Shown: in pieces, positions 58,008 through 64,000 of the stretch
Position numbering within the stretch: the first letter of the stretch is position 1
Layout of the letters: each line of letters starts with the position of its first letter
Virus record (IMG/VR): IMGVR_UViG_3300042922_001018
Direction: 5' to 3' (one strand)
Length of the DNA: 64,000 bases
From: a virus
Taxonomy: Duplodnaviria; Heunggongvirae; Uroviricota; Caudoviricetes
Notes under the pieces: generated by a model
What the model saw: only the letters and a program-made list of their open reading frames with translations
Told to the model about the DNA's origin: nothing
The model's database searches: none
Program-made: the position numbers and the translations under genes

Positions 58008-58736
58008 ATGGACCTTTCCGCACTACACCGAGTTCGAGAGGAAGCCGAAAACGGCTCCGTCTCTGGTGATGCTGCGAAGGACGCTATTCTCGCCGTCATG
58101 TTCGGTACGGCTGATGACGTGGCGCTCTTCCAGGCTGCTCTCGCTGCTGCCGACGCGGCCGACTCCGCAGGAGACACGAACGTTGCCCGCGCGCTTCGAG
58201 ACGGTGTGAAAGCGAAGGCTGACCTGGATTACCGCACGCTCGCTAAGGGCGATGACGGTGAGTACATCTGGCCGGTGAAATCTTCAGACTCCCGTGAGGA
58301 GTCGGCGGTCGCCGTTCGCGCGCTTGCTGCCGAAGCGGGCGAATACATCAAGGCCCACGAGCGTGAACGCATCACCTGGGCGTACGATGACGACCGCACT
58401 GTCGCTGAACTCAGCGCCGTACTGATGAACGAGTTCAGTGCCGAGTTCTACCGTGCGGTTCTCCTCCGCGATGACTGCACGCCGGAGATGGTGGACTACT
58501 GCTCCTACCACCCAAGCATCTCCGTCATCCACTCTGTCGCCGTCCACCCTGCTGCGGGCGAGGCCACGCTTCGTCGCATTGAGGGCATGGCTTTGCATGA
58601 GGCGGATGAGGCGGAGACTGCTGGACAGTCGGCAGAAGGCGACACGTTCCTGTCTCTGGAGCAGAAGGAAGCTGCGGCCCGTGCTCTCGTGTACGCCGCA
58701 CGGATGAACCGCATGCGCCGTTTCGGTATTGCCTGA
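58008..58736 (+). CDS. Paralog of the 56946 C-terminal domain lacking the family A peptide
   Basis: TAAACT-N6-ATG; RTVAEL..TPEMV..HP matches RTPAEL..TPEMV..HP. Confidence 0.75.
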   Translation: MDLSALHRVREEAENGSVSGDAAKDAILAVMFGTADDVALFQAALAAADAADSAGDTNVARALRDGVKAKADLDYRTLAKGDDGEYIWPVKSSDSREESAVAVRALAAEAGEYIKAHERERITWAYDDDRTVAELSAVLMNEFSAEFYRAVLLRDDCTPEMVDYCSYHPSISVIHSVAVHPAAGEATLRRIEGMALHEADEAETAGQSAEGDTFLSLEQKEAAARALVYAARMNRMRRFGIA

Positions 58737-58774
58737 GCGATTGCGTTCTGGTACGCTGGGGTACGGAGGACATC

Positions 58775-58939
58775 ATGGCTCACACGTTGAAGCGTTCTGA
58801 CAAGCACATGGCACAGGAGTGCCGCTACGGCTGCTGCACCGAAGTCTACGGCAAGGGCATCAAGCTCACGCGGCGTCGCGTGAAGCGCGTGAGCGAGGGC
58901 CAGTTCAAGCGCGAGCTGCGTTCCGGCGTTCTCGGATGA
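58775..58939 (+). CDS. Small basic Cys-containing protein (54 aa, not in ORF track)
   Basis: GGAGG SD; MAHTLKR..CRYGCC..RRRVKR; ATGA overlap with next ORF. Confidence 0.65.
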   Translation: MAHTLKRSDKHMAQECRYGCCTEVYGKGIKLTRRRVKRVSEGQFKRELRSGVLG

Positions 58940-59187
58940 GCCGTCCGAAGAAGACGGCCAATCTCGAATCGGCGGAGCGTTTTGCGCGCCGCCACAGGTT
59001 CTACATCCACGCCGACGGTCGCCGGATGCCCATTCTCGTTCGGTCCAGCTCCGGACTCTCGGCTACAGCGCATGTACGCGCTCGCGCGGAGCGTCTGCGA
59101 CTCATTCTCGGGCCACCGCTCCCAACCCCTGACGAACCCACGCGACGGAAGCCAGTACGGCGCAGAATCCTGCCACCTCCGCGGTAG
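58936..59187 (+). CDS. Small basic hypothetical protein
   Basis: Start overlaps upstream stop; MSRPKK. Confidence 0.45.
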   Translation: MSRPKKTANLESAERFARRHRFYIHADGRRMPILVRSSSGLSATAHVRARAERLRLILGPPLPTPDEPTRRKPVRRRILPPPR

Positions 59188-59208
59188 CCTCCTGGTAGGC
59201 TAGGTCGC

Positions 59209-59661
59209 ATGGTCACCGCCTTCATCAACCCGCAAGTGTTCACTATCGCCGGTATCATCGCGGTCATCCTGACAGCTACGGCGGTGATGCTCGTCAAGCG
59301 AGCGCGACGACCGAAGAGGTTCTCTTGGAAGGTCGAAGCGGCTCTCGGTGTGCTCGTCCTCGCCTCCGGCTGGCTGGTAAGCACCGTCACGTTCAACATC
59401 CAGACCGGCCTCATGAACAGCGCCCGACAGGCGTCCATCGAGGAGACGTACGGCATCAAGCTCGGAAGCGACGGTCTTGCAGACCTGAAAGCTCCCCGCG
59501 GCGCGCCCCCGGCGCCGGAGGAGGGCAAGTTTACGAGCTTCGGTGTCACCCAGGTCGTTCACGAGCGCCAGGTCTTGACTATTTTCCTGTCCTGGGACGG
59601 CGAACAGTTTGAGCTTCGTGATGAAGACGGAGAGCCGCTGCCGAAGGTACAGGCAGAGTAA
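59209..59661 (+). CDS. Family C membrane protein
   Basis: TAGGCT-N7-ATG; 2 TM; FG..IFLSWDG..DGEPLP. Confidence 0.8.
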   Translation: MVTAFINPQVFTIAGIIAVILTATAVMLVKRARRPKRFSWKVEAALGVLVLASGWLVSTVTFNIQTGLMNSARQASIEETYGIKLGSDGLADLKAPRGAPPAPEEGKFTSFGVTQVVHERQVLTIFLSWDGEQFELRDEDGEPLPKVQAE

Positions 59662-60198
59662 CTAGGCTGGGATGTACCGGCCGGTGACCTCGAAGGTCTG
59701 ACCGGTCAACGGCGCGAGAGCCGCAATCCATCGAGCCGCGGTGTGCTCTCCCGGCTGGATGTACGCCAGCGTGACGTGCGGCGTGTACGCCGGGAAGCAG
59801 TCGATGTGAGGCAGCAAGCGCAGCCGGTCATGGCCTTCCTCCAGGTTCGCGGTGACCACGAGCTTCGCTACGACACAAGAGAACTCAGGGGTCGGGAAGA
59901 CGTGGATACGCTCGACTGTCACCGGCTCCGGTGTCCACCCCTCCAGCACACGGTCCACGTGGGCAGCGGGCACGGTCTCCAGAATGCCCTGATGCAGGGT
60001 GAGATGCGCGGAGGTCTCCGCCACCGCGCCCTGCGCGTACCGTGTCTTGTGCGTCGTCCCGAAGAACAGCTCGTCCGGCCCGTCGATGTAAGCGCTGACC
60101 GGGATGTTCGCAACATCCAACATGATGGCATCCAGGCTGTATAGGTCGATGCCGACCTCAGGGTAGATGTCTTCGTGGTCGAACGCAGAGAACGTCAT
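59662..60198 (-). CDS. 2H phosphoesterase (Acb1-like candidate)
   Basis: Two HxT motifs: AHLTL and YTPHVTLAY. Confidence 0.8.
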   Translation of the reverse strand: MTFSAFDHEDIYPEVGIDLYSLDAIMLDVANIPVSAYIDGPDELFFGTTHKTRYAQGAVAETSAHLTLHQGILETVPAAHVDRVLEGWTPEPVTVERIHVFPTPEFSCVVAKLVVTANLEEGHDRLRLLPHIDCFPAYTPHVTLAYIQPGEHTAARWIAALAPLTGQTFEVTGRYIPA

Positions 60199-60235
60199 GC
60201 GCTCATCATAGCGCAGAAATCACTGCCGCGCACAT

Positions 60236-61267
60236 TCAGCGGGCGTCGAACCCTTCGACGCGCTTCACGTAATCCTGGTAGTGCGATGCCTGTGTCTCGG
60301 TGAGCTTCGAGAGGTCAACACGCTTCGTCATGCCGCCCCAGCCATCCGGCACGTCACGTACGGCGCCGGGGACCGTGAGAAGCTGCTGCTTGAACTCGGT
60401 GAACCCGGCCTCGACCTCTTCCGGTGTCGCCTGCCAACCCAGGTCGTAGACCGACTGGTAGTTGATACGGGGAGCCTGCGTGAATGTGGAGCCAGGCTTG
60501 AAGTCGCCGCTCAGCTCTACCGCGGGGACATTCCGGATGCGCTCGAAGGACTGGTCATCCCCACGGTCGCGAGCGACCTCCAGAGCCTTCTGGACGGCCT
60601 CTTCGCGCTGGTCGAGTGGGAACACCCAGTCGTTCACAGGACGGCCGTCTGGGGTCTTGTAGCGCGAGACAGACTCGATACCGAGTGCCGTGCTGCCGTG
60701 GTTACCGCCCATGCCGTACGTGCTCACCGCATACACCGGCTCTTCCGCCTTCGTCCAGACCTCGTCGCCGAGAACGAAGAGCTGGTTCGCACGAGTCTGA
60801 ATGTCCATCGCTACGCCCGCGGGAGTTCCCTCATCGGAGTAGGGGCCGCGCCAGCCGCCTTCGAACATGCTCTTGATGTCGTCCGCCGAGGTCTTCGACT
60901 TCACGTACAGCTCGCCGTTGTGAACGCGGTACTCGCCCGGCGTGAACTGGTCACCGTTGAACGAGATGGCGACCGGCGCGTCGTCGTCGCCGAGAATGGA
61001 GACAGTAGCCTCCAGGTCAATCGTGCGTTCGATGTCACGCGGCTTGCGAGCGCGGGGCGGGATGACATTGCGTTCCGTCCAGTTGACGGTCAGCGGGACA
61101 ATCAGTTCCGGCTCGTATGGGCCACCGAGGGAGAGTTCCGGAGCTTGTGGACGGTCCCCGTCCACTGCGCGCAGCGATTCGCTAAGCGATATCTCTGCCG
61201 CCGACCCCTGCTTCTCCGAGAAGCGGCCGATGGTGTCGCGCTGGATGTTGGTCTCGTTGAACGTCAT
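60236..61267 (-). CDS. Family A protein
   Basis: MTFNETNIQRDTIGRFSEKQG. Confidence 0.85.
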   Translation of the reverse strand: MTFNETNIQRDTIGRFSEKQGSAAEISLSESLRAVDGDRPQAPELSLGGPYEPELIVPLTVNWTERNVIPPRARKPRDIERTIDLEATVSILGDDDAPVAISFNGDQFTPGEYRVHNGELYVKSKTSADDIKSMFEGGWRGPYSDEGTPAGVAMDIQTRANQLFVLGDEVWTKAEEPVYAVSTYGMGGNHGSTALGIESVSRYKTPDGRPVNDWVFPLDQREEAVQKALEVARDRGDDQSFERIRNVPAVELSGDFKPGSTFTQAPRINYQSVYDLGWQATPEEVEAGFTEFKQQLLTVPGAVRDVPDGWGGMTKRVDLSKLTETQASHYQDYVKRVEGFDAR

Positions 61268-61274
61268 GCCCAGA

Positions 61275-61283
61275 TGTAGGCGG
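61275..61283 (-). promoter_or_regulatory. CCGCCTACA box, within an inverted repeat
   Basis: 7 nt before ATG 61267; TAGGCGGAG 61277-61285 pairs with CTCCGCCTA 61302-61310. Confidence 0.8.
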
Positions 61284-61316
61284 AGATGTAACCCAGATAG
61301 GCTCCGCCTAGGCCGG

Positions 61317-62027
61317 TTACGACTCGCGCTTGTGCTTGCGCAGCTTCCGCGACGATGTCAGCGTGACCTGACCTCCGCACTCCGGGCACGTTCCCCAGTT
61401 GCCGGAGTAGTACCCGACACGGTGCGGCTTCTCCCGGTCCAGGTTCGAGCCGGTTCCGGGGCACACGGACTCATCCACTGGCTTCGTGGTCAGTTCCGTT
61501 GGCGCGCTCGGGAAGCAGATGGTGCAGAGCGTCGCGCCGTGCTCTTTCACTGCTTCCGCCTCCGTCAAACCGGAGACGTTCGGGAGCCACGAGACTCGCG
61601 TCGTCGGGCGGAACGAAGAGCAATACTGCGAGCTGTGGATGTGCTCGACCAGGAAGAAGCGATTCCAGCCCTTGTACAGCTCCTTGTCGAGCTTCTCGGC
61701 TTCGACACGGAACGGGGCAGCCTCTTCAAGGAGCCGGTCGGATTCCTTGAACTGCGCGTCGATGCGAGGGATGAGACGCTCACGGGCAGTGGCCGAATAC
61801 TGCCCCAGTGTCTTACGGGTCTTCGTCGCAGACTTGTACAGTGCTGCGGCCTGGTCCCGAATGTCGTAGTAGGCGTTCCATGTTTCAGCGATACGGGTGT
61901 CCGCATCTCGCGCGGCAGCAATCTCAGTCGCGCGGTCGGTAGCGAGATTCAGCTCCGGCGCAGACCCGAGCTTGTCAGCGAACCGTCCGACAGTGTCGCG
62001 GTTATGCTCGGTCTCGTTGAATGTCAT
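61317..62027 (-). CDS. Family A protein with Cys/His zinc-binding-like cargo
   Basis: HNRDTVGRFADKLG; HIHSSQYC..CTICFPSAP; CPG..CPEC..H. Confidence 0.85.
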   Translation of the reverse strand: MTFNETEHNRDTVGRFADKLGSAPELNLATDRATEIAAARDADTRIAETWNAYYDIRDQAAALYKSATKTRKTLGQYSATARERLIPRIDAQFKESDRLLEEAAPFRVEAEKLDKELYKGWNRFFLVEHIHSSQYCSSFRPTTRVSWLPNVSGLTEAEAVKEHGATLCTICFPSAPTELTTKPVDESVCPGTGSNLDREKPHRVGYYSGNWGTCPECGGQVTLTSSRKLRKHKRES

Positions 62028-62469
62028 GCCCGGATGTAGGCGGGTTCCGAGACACGCGAACGGCGAAAAGGATACCGAGGACCGTGCCCATCAGAGGCAA
62101 CGTTCCTACGATGAGAATGACAAGATGCGGAAAGAACTCGAAGCTGGAGGAGTCATAGTACGGGCTGCCTTGTCCTACGACAACATACGAGTAGAGCGCC
62201 GCAGTCGCAGTGTTCACGCCGAGGTAGGACAGGACGCCAGACCAGCCTAGTTTTAACGACGGGTACAGGAACAGTCCCGCGAATACGGTCTCAGCGACAA
62301 TACCGTAAAGTAGGACGTTGCCAAAGCCGACCCAGATATCTTCAGGTAGACCTTGGGTAGCTGTACCCGCAGTGCCATTGCCAAGCCAGTATGCGTTAGC
62401 GATAACGGATGCAGCCGCCGCCGATACGGCAAACACCACGCTGGACAGGAAGAGAACGAGAAACTTCAT
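62002..62469 (-). CDS. Multi-TM membrane protein (tandem paralog)
   Basis: ANAYWL; LKLGWSGVLSYL; lower GC. Confidence 0.7.
   Translation of the reverse strand: MKFLVLFLSSVVFAVSAAAASVIANAYWLGNGTAGTATQGLPEDIWVGFGNVLLYGIVAETVFAGLFLYPSLKLGWSGVLSYLGVNTATAALYSYVVVGQGSPYYDSSSFEFFPHLVILIVGTLPLMGTVLGILFAVRVSRNPPTSGHDIQRDRA
62035..62043 (-). promoter_or_regulatory. CCGCCTACA box
   Basis: 7 nt before ATG 62027. Confidence 0.8.
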
Positions 62470-62888
62470 GCTGCCAGACGCTCTCTCTTCGCACCCCAGA
62501 TGATGAGAAGCGTGATACCCAGGACGACAGGCGCCGCGAAGACGTAGACGATGGCGAGCGCCGCCCATCCGGCGTAGTTCGCCGGGTCTGCGTTGGTGAC
62601 CTGGATGAAACATGTCCACGCCGCGGCGGCAGCGTTCACAACGAGGTACGAGATGACCCCGGACCGACCAAGACGCAGTGATGCATACCCGAACAGGACC
62701 AGGAACAGAGCTTCAGCGCTAAGGCCAGTGACGAGAGCGGGGAGAACATCGTCCCACACCGTCTCCTGCCGGTAACCTTCAAGGTCGGGAACGAGCGGAG
62801 CGTTCAGCCAGTAGACGTTCGCGAGGAACGTGGCGACAGCAGCGGAGAGGCCGAATACCGCGCTCCCACCGAACAGCAGTCGCTTCAC
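62466..62888 (-). CDS. Multi-TM membrane protein (tandem paralog)
   Basis: ANVYWL; LRLGRSGVISYL; GTG overlaps NUDIX stop. Confidence 0.7.
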   Translation of the reverse strand: MKRLLFGGSAVFGLSAAVATFLANVYWLNAPLVPDLEGYRQETVWDDVLPALVTGLSAEALFLVLFGYASLRLGRSGVISYLVVNAAAAAWTCFIQVTNADPANYAGWAALAIVYVFAAPVVLGITLLIIWGAKRERLAA

Positions 62889-63526
62889 GCCCACCGCCAC
62901 ATGGCCGAGGGTCGTCCACGGCCCGAGGCGCCAGCCGGAGCTTCCAGCTTCTCCACAGCCTTGTTCGAGGCTAGCCATCGGCCGAAGTTGGAAGCGTGTG
63001 TCGGCCAGGCACCCAGCGCTTCTGAGAGCGCGAGCGCGTCGCTCGTCGAGAACTTGGACCCGAGCAGTGCCTTGGTCGCGGGTACGTCTACCCAGAGAAG
63101 CTGCGAGAGACGCGCGAGCGCGGCCTTGACTATGTTGTCGTGGTCGAACGGCAGCCCAGCGGCCTCCGCTGCCGGGGTCCAGGTGACACGGGTGCTCGGC
63201 GTCCTGCCGAACTCCTGCACAGACAGAAGGGCGATGGAGATGGTGGCGCCGCGAGGGTCGCGGTTCGTTCCGTCGAACGCTCCGAACTGCGTGAGGTATC
63301 CGCTGTGCTCAGCGAGGATGCCAGCCTTCGAGTTCAGGGCGCGGAACGCGGCGTGCTGAATGGTCTCACCCTGCATGAGCAGGACTCCGGGGAGCGCCTG
63401 CTCACCGACGAACGGCTCGAAAACTCGTCGTCCGGTTCCGACTTCGAGCGTAGCAGCGCCCGTGTTGAACCTCACCGGCACCACGTCGATGCTGATGAGA
63501 GGCTGTTCGTTCTGGTCTACTTTCAT
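62885..63526 (-). CDS. NUDIX/NrtR-like regulator (ADP-ribose NUDIX plus wHTH)
   Basis: EPFVGEQALPG; RDPRG; LPFDH; SNF..GRP..W; degenerate Nudix box. Confidence 0.8.
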   Translation of the reverse strand: MKVDQNEQPLISIDVVPVRFNTGAATLEVGTGRRVFEPFVGEQALPGVLLMQGETIQHAAFRALNSKAGILAEHSGYLTQFGAFDGTNRDPRGATISIALLSVQEFGRTPSTRVTWTPAAEAAGLPFDHDNIVKAALARLSQLLWVDVPATKALLGSKFSTSDALALSEALGAWPTHASNFGRWLASNKAVEKLEAPAGASGRGRPSAMWRWA

Positions 63527-63571
63527 GATGGCTCTGTCCCTACCGTAACATCTGACGCGCGAACGCGCAAC

Positions 63572-64000
63572 TCAGTGCTTCCGGCTCAGGCTCCCTCCTC
63601 GTACATTCGCCACATCGCTGATGACGATGACCGCGTTCGGGTCCGCCTTCTCGACCGCTTCCGTCATCTCGGCTTCTTCCATCCGGGTGAAGTACGCCAT
63701 GACGATTTTCACGTCGTTGACCATGTCGTCGTTGTGGGCATCCAGGTAGATGACCTTCCGGCCGATAGCCTTATGGATAGCCTCCCCGACCGCGAGGTGG
63801 TTCTGGGACACAATCTGGGCGCTCTTGCTCTCATAACCGCCCTCCATCACTCGCTTAATCATCGTGCTCGCGAAGAAGTAGAACATGATGAACGAGTACA
63901 TCGCAGCTTCCCACGAGTAGACGAACGCCGCCGCGAGGAAGATGAGAACGTTCACGGAGAGGATGAACTTCTCCACGTCGATGTTCGTGCGCTTCGACAC
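63572..64000 (-). CDS. YitT-family membrane protein, C-terminal part (truncated)
   Basis: TM segments; ADPNAVIVISDVANVRGG DUF2179-like end. Confidence 0.8.
   Translation of the reverse strand: MSKRTNIDVEKFILSVNVLIFLAAAFVYSWEAAMYSFIMFYFFASTMIKRVMEGGYESKSAQIVSQNHLAVGEAIHKAIGRKVIYLDAHNDDMVNDVKIVMAYFTRMEEAEMTEAVEKADPNAVIVISDVANVRGGSLSRKH

Noticed and set aside
59662-60198. MTF start suggesting family A membership
   Set aside because: Lacks R-x3-G-x-F-x2-K-x-G and has TATGAT-N6-ATG instead of the box
30468-62043. CCGCCTACA repeats as CRISPR repeats or integron attC sites
   Set aside because: Only 9 bp, irregularly spaced, on both strands, fixed relative to start codons, without attC-like dyad structure; no cas or integrase gene in the window
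1-64000. Prophage or type VII secretion locus
   Set aside because: No terminase, capsid, tail, integrase, WXG100 or mycosin genes recognised in this window; they could lie outside it

Overview
High-GC actinobacterial-type sequence with no rRNA, tRNA, CRISPR, transposase or phage structural genes that I can see. It reads as part of a large conjugative element (megaplasmid/ICE or phage-plasmid). Core transfer-type genes are a VirD4/T4CP-like ATPase, a replication-relaxation-like protein, two FtsK/SpoIIIE ATPases, a TcpC-like protein, a VirB4-like ATPase, and a sortase next to an LRR/Fn3 wall-anchored protein. A ~1.1 kb non-coding candidate origin lies at 7960-9100. Accessory genes include a DinG-family helicase, Hsp20 (with HAIR and CIRCE sites), an RNA ligase, a 2H phosphoesterase, NERD and GIY-YIG nucleases, NUDIX/NrtR and YitT. 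Most accessory space is filled by four expanded paralog families. Family A is the main candidate new system: 17 otherwise unrelated proteins share a ~28-aa N-terminal peptide (invariant R-x3-G-x-F-x2-K-x-G). Twelve of them are preceded by CCGCCTAC(A/C)-N7/8-ATG, and the other five sit directly downstream of such genes. A possible divergent sigma-like gene lies just upstream of the main cluster. Family B is 16 proteins with a constant C-terminal G[VLI]xxEY[AV] module. Family C is six 2-TM membrane proteins. Family D is six stand-alone, partly degenerate FtsK-like domains. Most other genes appear to use leaderless TANNNT-N6/7-start promoters. All family and function calls come from reading motifs by eye and have not been checked against databases.
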